DNA of 64,000 nt from Nitrosopumilus sp. (GCA_965219345.1 OZ244732.1:128001-192000), one strand, 5' to 3'. Counted from the first letter of the stretch, positions 9,248 to 18,281 are shown. Notes: generated from the letters alone by a model not told the origin. Numbers and translations are program-made.

Positions 9248-11477
9248 CCTAGATGAAATTAAAGAAATGATTTCCATGAAAAAAAATGAATTAAATGATA
9301 TTGATAAAGAATTTGAACTTACTGGACCATTGATCACTTTAATGAATGCATTAAAAAAAATTAAAGAGATTAAATCGGTTAAAAGTAATACTGGTATTGA
9401 TTTAATTAATTTAGAAGTATACTTGTCTAAATTAACTGCGAATCATCAATCAGAACATCCTAAATATGACTATACTTTGTTTCCTCTACTTACTGGTTTA
9501 CCTAGACGTCCATATTCTAAAACTACTGATTATTTTGGAGGGGGGATAGGATCATTGATCCAAATTGAAAAAAAAGGCACTGGTCTGCCTCAAACTACAA
9601 TACCTGCAAACGATGTTTTTATTTCCATGTATCCTGGTTCTATTAGTTATAGATTTGGAGCATATAATCAAATTCGAATACCTTGTGGCCAATATTATGA
9701 GGATTTTGTTAGTCATTTACAAGGATTGCATAAATTATCCAAATCTCCGATTTCCACATTTGAAGACAATGATGTTTATGAGATAGAAAAAATCATTGGA
9801 ATTGCATTAGATATTATTAGGAATAGAAATCATGGCAACATCCCAATTTGTCCTAGGTGTTTGTCAATCAGTGTTTTTAGTGGACCACAAAGAGAACAAT
9901 GTGATCACATTAGAGATAAAACCGAATCTGTAGTAATGGTAAAAAATTTTCAACATCAACCAATTTTGAAAACAAAAGAAAATATTGATGAACGAAAAAT
10001 TCTTGAGTCAAAAAAGTTTACTTTTCCTCTTAATGAAATATTTGATAAGGTAGAATTTTTGGGAAACGCCCAAATTGTAACTGTTGCTACTGGATTTTCT
10101 AGACAAGCTTCATGGGGACAAGGTGCAAATGCTGGACATAATTCTGTTCATGTAAAATATAATCCATATGTTGGATATAAAATGGATACTAATGGAGTAA
10201 TATTCAAAATCAAAGAAATTCCTGAAAATTTTATTGATCAAATATTTGATGAATATTTTCTTGTTCGGGATATTTTAATTGATATTTTTGCAGAAAAAAT
10301 TGAAAAAATTATCCATGACAATGATAGATCAATTTTTGAATTAGAACTATGGTTATCTGGAATTATTAAAACACTCAATTTGGATTCTATTGATGATTCT
10401 TTTAATGTTAATGATGTTTTACAGGCTCTTCTTGGTTCAAATTTCAGGGAGAATTTTAAAAATAATATTGTTAGAGAGATAAGCTACTATTCACACATTC
10501 CAAATAATATTGGGCCTGATATAATTGATATTTTCAGTCAGGAGATAAACTCAGTATCCATTTCAATAGATGACTTAAAATTAAAAATTAAAGCTTTACT
10601 TAAAATTTCATTATCCTATTTAGCATATATGAGTGCATTAATAACATCTGGTTCGATGAACAAGGATGTAGATTTTATTTACCCTCAAGGGGCTAAAAAC
10701 GATGTTGTAATTTTTGACAGTGTTTCAAACGGTAATGGTGCTTCAAAATTAATTAATGATTATCTTATTGGAGAAGAAACGTCAGTTTCTCAAGAAAAAG
10801 GTTTACGTTCAAAATATTTCCAAGAGACTCTTTTTGAATTATTACTACCTTGCTCACAGGGTATTGCTGATAGAATTTTTTTCCAGAATTTAGATGATAA
10901 TTTTTCAAATTTCACTAGAAATGATTTGATTACTTATAGGTTAAATGAATTAAAAGAACAAAATAATTCTGCAACAGAGGAATTCAATCAAATAAAAAAT
11001 TCAAAAATTGAAAATATGTTTCCGATATCTATTGGAAAAAGACCTTTGCAAAAGCCTGATGGTGCCAATGTCGAAAATAAAAAAATCCAAGAAATTGCAC
11101 ATATCTGTATACACGGCTGTCCTGAATGTTTGCTTTTGAATAGTTATTCTGGACCTTCTATTCCTAGGTTGGAGCGATTTTATGTAAGCAAATATCTACT
11201 AGATCTTTATTTCAAATTTGTAACAGAGAAAATCCGTATAAGATCAAATGAAAGTATTTCGAATATTGAGAAAATTCTTAATCAATATGGTGTGATAATT
11301 ATTTCTCAAAAAATCACTGGAACTAACTGTGATTTTAGTGATTTGCTAACAAAAATTAATTCCTTAATTGGGGAAAAATTCAACAGTAAATTGGTAAAGT
11401 TTTCAGGAATTTGGTTTGATTGTCCAATTACAAAACCTTCTGATTTTAACATCTCTATTTTGGTAAGTGTGATATAA
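9240..11477 (+). CDS. DUF1998/MZB-type Zn-binding helicase partner (DrmB / DpdJ C-terminal-like)
   Basis: IFDSVSNGNGAS plus CIHGCPECL near the C-terminus, extra CPRC; TTG start after GAGGTGA ribosome-binding site, overlapping the helicase stop. Confidence 0.7.
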   Translation: MDNLDEIKEMISMKKNELNDIDKEFELTGPLITLMNALKKIKEIKSVKSNTGIDLINLEVYLSKLTANHQSEHPKYDYTLFPLLTGLPRRPYSKTTDYFGGGIGSLIQIEKKGTGLPQTTIPANDVFISMYPGSISYRFGAYNQIRIPCGQYYEDFVSHLQGLHKLSKSPISTFEDNDVYEIEKIIGIALDIIRNRNHGNIPICPRCLSISVFSGPQREQCDHIRDKTESVVMVKNFQHQPILKTKENIDERKILESKKFTFPLNEIFDKVEFLGNAQIVTVATGFSRQASWGQGANAGHNSVHVKYNPYVGYKMDTNGVIFKIKEIPENFIDQIFDEYFLVRDILIDIFAEKIEKIIHDNDRSIFELELWLSGIIKTLNLDSIDDSFNVNDVLQALLGSNFRENFKNNIVREISYYSHIPNNIGPDIIDIFSQEINSVSISIDDLKLKIKALLKISLSYLAYMSALITSGSMNKDVDFIYPQGAKNDVVIFDSVSNGNGASKLINDYLIGEETSVSQEKGLRSKYFQETLFELLLPCSQGIADRIFFQNLDDNFSNFTRNDLITYRLNELKEQNNSATEEFNQIKNSKIENMFPISIGKRPLQKPDGANVENKKIQEIAHICIHGCPECLLLNSYSGPSIPRLERFYVSKYLLDLYFKFVTEKIRIRSNESISNIEKILNQYGVIIISQKITGTNCDFSDLLTKINSLIGEKFNSKLVKFSGIWFDCPITKPSDFNISILVSVI

Positions 11478-12025
11478 TGACTCATGTTGATGAAGATAAC
11501 TATTCTATTGTTGAACTTGATATTTTGTCTTTAGAATTAATAAAATCTACCAATAACAATAATGTTGAAGTGATTATTATTTCTCCTTGGATTAAAGATT
11601 ATGCCATACCTATCACTTGGCCTTCTTTCACAAGTAATTTTATCGATATCACTGACATGCAAAGAACAAGTGATATTCTGAGATTATTATTACAAAATAA
11701 TGTATCTGTGACTATTGTTACTAGCTCTCCTGCAAAATTAAAAAGTGACAATTGGAACCAAAAACATATTCTAGATGCTACAGGATTTTGTGAACAAATT
11801 AAAAATGCTGGAGGAAAAATTGTTTACAATAAAAAAAATCATGGTAAAGTAACTTTAACTTCAGAATGCAGTTTGACTGGTTCTGGTAATTTTACGAATA
11901 AGGGTAGAGATCCAAAATTACAAGATAATGCTGGAGATCTAATTAATAAAAGTGTGGATGAGCGAAGTTATATCGCAAAACTTGCATGGGCAAATAAAAT
12001 TATCGATGAAGGACAATCAGAATAA
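11477..12025 (+). CDS. Single-domain phospholipase D-like nuclease (DpdK/DrmC-like)
   Basis: IISPWIKD and HGK...GSGNFT motifs. Confidence 0.8.
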   Translation: MTHVDEDNYSIVELDILSLELIKSTNNNNVEVIIISPWIKDYAIPITWPSFTSNFIDITDMQRTSDILRLLLQNNVSVTIVTSSPAKLKSDNWNQKHILDATGFCEQIKNAGGKIVYNKKNHGKVTLTSECSLTGSGNFTNKGRDPKLQDNAGDLINKSVDERSYIAKLAWANKIIDEGQSE

Positions 12026-12044
12026 TAAATTGAAATCAAAGAAA

Positions 12045-13304
12045 TTATTTTCCAAAATAATACAAACCCATTCTTCTATCTATAGAATTACACCAAGTCG
12101 CTAATCCTAATAATAATGATACATCTTCTTTATCTTTCATAGAATACTTTTTTGATCTTTTCAAATCATTTACAATGTCATCAAAACTTTGGGGTGTATC
12201 AGATAACAGTTTTAACATGTAATTGTATTCTGGAATGTTTTCTTTTAATTTTTTATTCAACTTTGATTTACCTGATCTTTTTTCCAATGACTCTAAGAAA
12301 TCTTTTCCTTCATTACTAAGATAAACAACACCCTTACGTTTAGTTGTAAATTTTAACAATTCTCCTAATTTTGTATAGCTACCATTCTCTGTTTCATATC
12401 TTGAATGTAACAAATTTTTTAATTGAATTCCATCTTTAATTGATTCCAAAAATTTGGGAAATTTAGTAACTGAGATCTGGGGTGGTTTAAAATTACCTGT
12501 AACTGGACTTGTTTTTTTATAATCTACATTTTGTTTATTGCCTTTTTCTGATGAACTTAATGCTTTATTTGAAATAATAAAAGTAAAACTTCCATATCCT
12601 CGATATGATAAATCCACTCTTAATGGTAAATCATCACTCAAACTTAGTTTAACTTCTCCACATTGTGCTACTATCTCAGATACTGTTGTTAAATAATCTA
12701 AAATTGTCCAACTTTTTACATCTCTTCTAGGAATTTTATTTTTAAGTGAATCAAATATTTGCCCTGAAAGATCAATGGTTTTACGATATGATAATCCCCC
12801 CTCATCTGAACCTACAATAAATTTTCCATCTTCCATACCAAAAAAGATCTCACGTGACACTGTTGATGCTTTAACTATCTCCAAAAATTCACTGGATGGA
12901 ATTGTTATTTGTGCATCATAATTCAAACTTTGAGGCTCTGGTAAGTTGAATTGTTCCTCCTCAAGCCATTCTAATTCATATCTAGTCTTTCCACTATTTA
13001 CAAAATTTAGTGCAATGTTTCTTTTTCTAATATCCAAATATAGTGTCTTATCTTTAGTAATTTTTGAAATGACTTGTCTTAATTTACCAATGTCTGCTTC
13101 ACTTGTAAATTTCTCAGAATTCCAACTAAACCCATCAAAAAATGAAGGTTGTAATTTTATGTCAATATAGCAAAAATCATGAGGATCAATACTTCTAATC
13201 CTTATCCCATTAGAACTTACATCAAATCTAGCTACGTCTGTAAATTTTGTAATTCCACGAAAGATAGCTTTGAATAATGATAAATCATCAATTTTTAATT
13301 CCAT
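12045..13304 (-). CDS. PCNA sliding-clamp paralog fused to a C-terminal winged-helix-like domain
   Basis: First ~245 aa follow the PCNA pattern end to end (FKAIFRGITKFTDVARFDVSSNGIRIRSIDP...YLTTVSEIVAQCGEVKLSLSDDLPLRVDLSYRGYGSFTFII), then a linker and ~150-aa extension. Confidence 0.8.
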   Translation of the reverse strand: MELKIDDLSLFKAIFRGITKFTDVARFDVSSNGIRIRSIDPHDFCYIDIKLQPSFFDGFSWNSEKFTSEADIGKLRQVISKITKDKTLYLDIRKRNIALNFVNSGKTRYELEWLEEEQFNLPEPQSLNYDAQITIPSSEFLEIVKASTVSREIFFGMEDGKFIVGSDEGGLSYRKTIDLSGQIFDSLKNKIPRRDVKSWTILDYLTTVSEIVAQCGEVKLSLSDDLPLRVDLSYRGYGSFTFIISNKALSSSEKGNKQNVDYKKTSPVTGNFKPPQISVTKFPKFLESIKDGIQLKNLLHSRYETENGSYTKLGELLKFTTKRKGVVYLSNEGKDFLESLEKRSGKSKLNKKLKENIPEYNYMLKLLSDTPQSFDDIVNDLKRSKKYSMKDKEDVSLLLGLATWCNSIDRRMGLYYFGK

Positions 13305-14354
13305 TTACTTTCTACCAAACAATACATTTGAAATACTATTGTATTTTCTCTTTAATTTAGCATATCTCCATAAATAATCTAGAGATGATCTCTTGTAAAT
13401 CTCGTTTAGATATTTTTCATATTCTTCTTGCCCTTGTTTGATTAGTTTTTTTGCTAACTTTCTTTCATTTTTCATGACATGATCATTGTGAATTGCTCTC
13501 GATTTCCAATCATCCCATAGTGAATCTTGATTTACTCTACAAACTGGGCAATCACATTCTTGTAATTTTTTCAAATCTTTTCTTTTTAATAATGCACCGC
13601 CTCCAAACTTGGCTGTGTTATTGCCTACATACCTCTCAGCCGTGCCGGGTAATACAATCTGACCAAATGCAGCCTTTCTTCTATATCCTGATGAATCTGT
13701 ACTGTCTATTCCTAGATAGAATCCAAAATGTAACGAAAGTGGTGATGAACCTAATCCCATAATGTGGACATTGTAATCTGTATTTTGTTTTACACTTTCT
13801 ACAGTATACGATAACATATCAATTAGATTTTTGTTTGGTTGTCTATCTCCAAAAAATCCATTATAGTTTGTAAATTCAGGATTAACAATACTTCCAACTG
13901 CTACATAATCTGAATTCCCATACTTTTGAATCCATTTCAAATTTTTCATTAATGATTTTTTATTCCATGCATGAATTGAAGGAACTAGTTTTTCATCCAA
14001 ATTTGTAGATGATTGCCAATACTGAATATTTTTTGCAGTCTCTTTCCATCTTTTTTGCATTGTTGAGGGAGACATTCCATTTTTAAATGGATAATCAAAT
14101 GGAATTGTTTTATCAGGTTCTAAAGTTTCTTGAATATCTATAATTTTTTCTAAATCTAATTCTATATCTTGCATATTTGCTGTAAATGCTCCATTATCTA
14201 GAAACAATTTCCCAGGATTGTATGGAAGTTTTGGTTCTTCTTTTTTGTAATAGTTGATAGCAGAATCCATAATGTGATCTTTTCTACGATCTGTTTTTAC
14301 AGGAGCAGTTGGTTGTTCGCCCATCCATAACAATACATCTTCATTTTGAGACAT
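13305..14354 (-). CDS. tRNA-guanine-transglycosylase-fold protein, short (DpdA/TGT-like)
   Basis: FLDNGAF, PFDYP, VAVGS, HIMGLG, DSTDSS (catalytic Asp), Zn site CDCPVC...H; no C-terminal PUA domain. Confidence 0.85.
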   Translation of the reverse strand: MSQNEDVLLWMGEQPTAPVKTDRRKDHIMDSAINYYKKEEPKLPYNPGKLFLDNGAFTANMQDIELDLEKIIDIQETLEPDKTIPFDYPFKNGMSPSTMQKRWKETAKNIQYWQSSTNLDEKLVPSIHAWNKKSLMKNLKWIQKYGNSDYVAVGSIVNPEFTNYNGFFGDRQPNKNLIDMLSYTVESVKQNTDYNVHIMGLGSSPLSLHFGFYLGIDSTDSSGYRRKAAFGQIVLPGTAERYVGNNTAKFGGGALLKRKDLKKLQECDCPVCRVNQDSLWDDWKSRAIHNDHVMKNERKLAKKLIKQGQEEYEKYLNEIYKRSSLDYLWRYAKLKRKYNSISNVLFGRK

Positions 14355-14425
14355 ATCAAAAAGATATGAACATCACTATTTTAACTTGAGGACAATTTTC
14401 TTTTAGGAAATCATCTGATATTAAT

Positions 14426-15805
14426 TTAAATTTTGTACGTCTTGTTCTCCTGAACAATTGTGATTTTATCAGTCGCTTTCTTGTAGGCTTCTGGATAAAC
14501 TGTATGAATTGGATAAAGCATATCTGCATCTATTTTTTTCACTACATCTAAGAGATCTTGTCCTTTTGCATGTCCTGAACAATGACTCTGAACTCGTTCC
14601 AAATCAAAGTGATTCAGCCATATATCCACTCGTTCTTTGTCAAATATTCCTTCATCATTGAAGGGCTCAGATGACGAATGAATATAAAGTGAGCCTGATT
14701 GTGGTTTGATATCAATTAGAGCACCAAAATTCCAAAATGAAAACGCACAAAGCATCTTATCTTGATTTTTTGCAATATCTACTGCAGTTACAATATTTGG
14801 TTCATCAAATAGTTCCTTTTGATATTTTTTCCAAGATGCTTTTTCTGGCTTGAAAATTGCAATATTTTCATCATCAAAGTTTGGAACCTTGAGCTGTGGG
14901 TCTTTTGATAGATATTTAAGATATACAACATTGGCTATATCAACTACAAACTTTCTATTATTTTCTTTTGCTATATTGTAAAAGGTTCGCATTCTATCCA
15001 TGTCTTTGAAATTAAAATCAGCAATGACTAGACCTGAATTGTTTTTTACATGAGAAGTACAATCATTGTATACTTTTTGTTCACTCTCATCAGTTTCTAA
15101 ATCTGTAATTCTAGTTCCTTCACAGATCAATGCAATAGGCTTTGAATCAGTAACTGCTTTTACAAAGTCTTCAGTCATATCTGGCCTAATACCATGCAGA
15201 CGAATGTCTCCAGTATATGCAACTGCGCCCTCGGATGTATGAATAATAAAACCATATGCGCCAGGTACTGAATGATCTACATGAATTGGTTCCACCTCTA
15301 ATGAACCAATTTTGAATTTATCTCCAGTTCTAAATGTTTTAATGTCTCGTTCTATCTCATCTGCTTTTTTATCTGTACGTGGTTTGAATGCTAGAATTTC
15401 TTTTTCAAAACTTCGTTGTCCACGTTCACGTATTGCTTCTAGTATTAGTTTACATGTATCTCCCATGTAGATTGGGATGTTTTCATGCAAAAATGAAATG
15501 TAATCTGCGTGATCTGCATGTGCATGAGTCAATAATACTGCATCAATGTCAGTATCTGCCTCTCTTTTCCCCATCATTTCCATTAAATCACTGCGATAAA
15601 CTCTATCCAAATTAGGAATCAAACCAATTTCTAGAAAATCACGTAGTCCTGTAGCGGTTCGTGGACTCATAAACTCGTCAAAATAATCACCACGTTTACC
15701 AAAACTCATCCCAAAATCAAGAAAAACTCTGGTATCTTTGTCCTGGAGTAGAATTTTGTTACCTCCAATCTCATTTACTCCTCCATAGAAAGTAATCTTT
15801 GTCAT
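14426..15805 (-). CDS. MBL-fold beta-CASP hydrolase (RNase J-like)
   Basis: ITFYGGVNEIGGN, THAHADH, VDHSVPGA, YTGD, HCSGH, PIHT; start moved to MTKITF. Confidence 0.85.
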   Translation of the reverse strand: MTKITFYGGVNEIGGNKILLQDKDTRVFLDFGMSFGKRGDYFDEFMSPRTATGLRDFLEIGLIPNLDRVYRSDLMEMMGKREADTDIDAVLLTHAHADHADYISFLHENIPIYMGDTCKLILEAIRERGQRSFEKEILAFKPRTDKKADEIERDIKTFRTGDKFKIGSLEVEPIHVDHSVPGAYGFIIHTSEGAVAYTGDIRLHGIRPDMTEDFVKAVTDSKPIALICEGTRITDLETDESEQKVYNDCTSHVKNNSGLVIADFNFKDMDRMRTFYNIAKENNRKFVVDIANVVYLKYLSKDPQLKVPNFDDENIAIFKPEKASWKKYQKELFDEPNIVTAVDIAKNQDKMLCAFSFWNFGALIDIKPQSGSLYIHSSSEPFNDEGIFDKERVDIWLNHFDLERVQSHCSGHAKGQDLLDVVKKIDADMLYPIHTVYPEAYKKATDKITIVQENKTYKI

Positions 15806-15921
15806 AAAATTAACATAATATCTTCTCATATATGACAATTTCATAAAATATTATATTTCATCTAGGAAGGAAAATCTCATTTATTATAAAAAGTTACATA
15901 TTAGTAGTTTCATTATTTTTT

Positions 15922-16809
15922 ATGAATTATGATTGTCCCTTAAAATGTGGAAAAACCATCTATTTTGAAGAAATCAAATTCAATGATGGATTTTCATTTA
16001 ACATTCCATGTGAAAATAAACTTGGAACAATTCATGATTGTAAATATGATAATATAGAAAATTGGGAAAATTCTGGACATGTAATATATGATCATCCATT
16101 ATTCAAATCAAACAAGATTTTGCAAGAAGCTATCACTAAAAAAGAAAACGGAAATTTAGAAGAATACAAAAAAAATATTCAAAAAGCAATTAAAGAAGAT
16201 CCTGGATATGATAGTCTAAATTATTTGTCAGAGGCATATCAGGTAAATAATGAACTTGATGACGCACTAACTGCCACAATAACTCATTTGAGATTTGAAC
16301 CAAATCAGTGGGAAAGCATGATAGAAAAAGCGCAAATATTGACTGAAATGAAAAAAGAACCAGAAGCAATTGCTCATTTGAAAAAATGTATTGAAAACTA
16401 TGATCTGTTTAATGATCCTGAAGAATCTCCACGAGGAGGATGGGATTATAGATCTGGGTATTCCGGATATGGTTATTTGTATTATTGTATTGGAATAACA
16501 TATTTGTCAATGCGAGATTCATCAAATGCCAAGATCTATTTGGAATTAGCAGTTGCATGGATAAATGAAAATAACTCTGATAAAGTTTTGACAAAAGATT
16601 GGTTTAGTGAAGCATATTATAGATTAGGAGATGTCTTTGAAAATTTACGTGAACATAAAAAATCTTTAGAGATGAATTCAAAGGGAAATAATTTCTTAGA
16701 TGCAAAAAAAATTCAAAAGAAAATAAAAGAATCAATGACAATCAATACTATTGTGACAGATACTGCAAATAGTATCCGTGAAAGGAAAAAAATACATTTG
16801 AACCTATAA
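15922..16809 (+). CDS. TPR-repeat protein with N-terminal Cys/His cluster
   Basis: TPR-like helices (AYYRLGDVFENLREHKKSLE); CPLKCG...HDC. Confidence 0.7.
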   Translation: MNYDCPLKCGKTIYFEEIKFNDGFSFNIPCENKLGTIHDCKYDNIENWENSGHVIYDHPLFKSNKILQEAITKKENGNLEEYKKNIQKAIKEDPGYDSLNYLSEAYQVNNELDDALTATITHLRFEPNQWESMIEKAQILTEMKKEPEAIAHLKKCIENYDLFNDPEESPRGGWDYRSGYSGYGYLYYCIGITYLSMRDSSNAKIYLELAVAWINENNSDKVLTKDWFSEAYYRLGDVFENLREHKKSLEMNSKGNNFLDAKKIQKKIKESMTINTIVTDTANSIRERKKIHLNL

Positions 16810-16814
16810 CTAAC

Positions 16815-17267
16815 ATGACGCAAGATGATCTTATAGCAATTCTTGAAATAGATTTTAGGGATCTGATTATGTATAAATTAACAGAAAAAAATTTTAAAAA
16901 TAGGGTTAATATACAAATCTATGAATCTGCTGTAAAATCACAGAATAGGGAATTGGAAAATGTTTTGTTCACCGCTGATGAAGAAAAACATAGAGTAATA
17001 GATTATTTTGAGTTTGGAGATTTAATTGGTGTTTTTGGGCACGCCTCTAATTATACGAAAAGTTTTGAAAAAATTTTTGGGGATAGTGATATATTTTTTG
17101 GATACCTGAAACAAATAGTACAATTAAGAAATCCAATTGAACATCACAGAGGAAAGATATTCAGAGAATATCTCAATGAAGAAAATAACTTTTTATTAAA
17201 AAAAGCTTTCAAGTATTTTCAATTTTATATCAAAAAACACAAAAATCATAATAGCATTCCATCTTAG
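16815..17267 (+). CDS. Swt1-like HEPN domain protein
   Basis: LEIDFRDLI...IDYFEFGDLI...RNPIEH (Rx4H). Confidence 0.7.
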   Translation: MTQDDLIAILEIDFRDLIMYKLTEKNFKNRVNIQIYESAVKSQNRELENVLFTADEEKHRVIDYFEFGDLIGVFGHASNYTKSFEKIFGDSDIFFGYLKQIVQLRNPIEHHRGKIFREYLNEENNFLLKKAFKYFQFYIKKHKNHNSIPS

Positions 17268-17845
17268 ATTGGAGTGATTGGAACTCCTTCTGTATTTGCA
17301 GCTTTAATCAGTAGCCTATCTCGCGTAATCAATTGAACTTGTTCAGTTAAATGCATTTGAAGTAAAATACAATCGGTTACAGAAAGTGGTACTCCCTTTT
17401 CGTTAACATATTTTTTTGAATCAAATATTTCTCTTGCCTTGATCATTTCTTTATCTGCATGATCTATTTGGATTTTTTTGACTGTACCTATCTTTCTTAA
17501 TGATTTAATAATTTGATCTTGAGTTAATGACATACTGTACTCTTGTTTTTCCATATGGATGGTTTCAATTAGTATTCTATCAACTAAGACTAGATTTTTC
17601 TCAGTGCCTTGAATTTTTTTTGTAAGCTTTTCAACAATATTTTCATTATTGATTATTTCATGAATTATCATTGAATCTAGTAACAAATAGGTTATTTTTT
17701 CAGTACTTTGCTCTGATGTTTTGATATTTTGATTAGATATTTTGATGGTTGATAATTCTTTTTCGGATTTTTTATCAAGAAATTTGGTTGCTTCTTCTCT
17801 TCTTTTTCTATCCTTTTCTTTTCTTCGCTCTCTTTTAGACATCAA
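17264..17845 (-). CDS. PIN-domain protein (VapC-like)
   Basis: LLLDSMII, ILIE, LSVTDCILL, LITRDRLL acidic PIN pattern. Confidence 0.75.
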   Translation of the reverse strand: MMSKRERRKEKDRKRREEATKFLDKKSEKELSTIKISNQNIKTSEQSTEKITYLLLDSMIIHEIINNENIVEKLTKKIQGTEKNLVLVDRILIETIHMEKQEYSMSLTQDQIIKSLRKIGTVKKIQIDHADKEMIKAREIFDSKKYVNEKGVPLSVTDCILLQMHLTEQVQLITRDRLLIKAANTEGVPITPI

Positions 17846-17974
17846 TCAAATCTCTATTTTTTAATATTTTACTTTTCTCTCTAATTATTTACTATTTTTC
17901 CAAGCTTTGAGTATGCCTCAATTATTTCCCAGCATTTTTTTTCAGCATCAGGAGACTTAAACTGCTAACCATTT

Positions 17975-18280
17975 TTATCCTCTACCACGGCTAATTATTT
18001 TTAAAATTCCTTTTTTGCCTAATCGAATAAAATTATCATCAATTCCAAATCTCTCAAAGATGCGTCTAAGAAAATAACTTCTGGTAAAAGAAACCGAAGC
18101 ATAAACAAAAGTGATTGCTAAATTTGCTACTACTGGGTCTTCTTGAATCCATCCCATAGAGATTGGTAAAATTACTATTCCAATTCCATACCCAATTGGA
18201 TAGCCTCCAAAAGAGTTCACAAAGGCCTCAGATAGGCTCTTTTTATGAGAATCTCGTGTATTTTTTTTAATTGTGGACAT
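17975..18280 (-). CDS. Small membrane protein
   Basis: Two hydrophobic helices; SLSEAFVN...SFTRSYFLRRIFE; start at MSTIKK. Confidence 0.6.
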   Translation of the reverse strand: MSTIKKNTRDSHKKSLSEAFVNSFGGYPIGYGIGIVILPISMGWIQEDPVVANLAITFVYASVSFTRSYFLRRIFERFGIDDNFIRLGKKGILKIISRGRG

Positions 18281-18281
18281 A

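Noticed and set aside
6557-12025. Calling the locus canonical DISARM or canonical Dpd
   Set aside because: No DNA methyltransferase or DrmD/DrmE, and no recognisable DpdB/C/E/F in the window; only partial correspondence to either.
13305-14354. Calling the TGT the housekeeping archaeosine tgtA
   Set aside because: Too short, lacks the PUA domain, has altered motifs and lies in an AT-rich island; not fully excluded without a genome-wide search.
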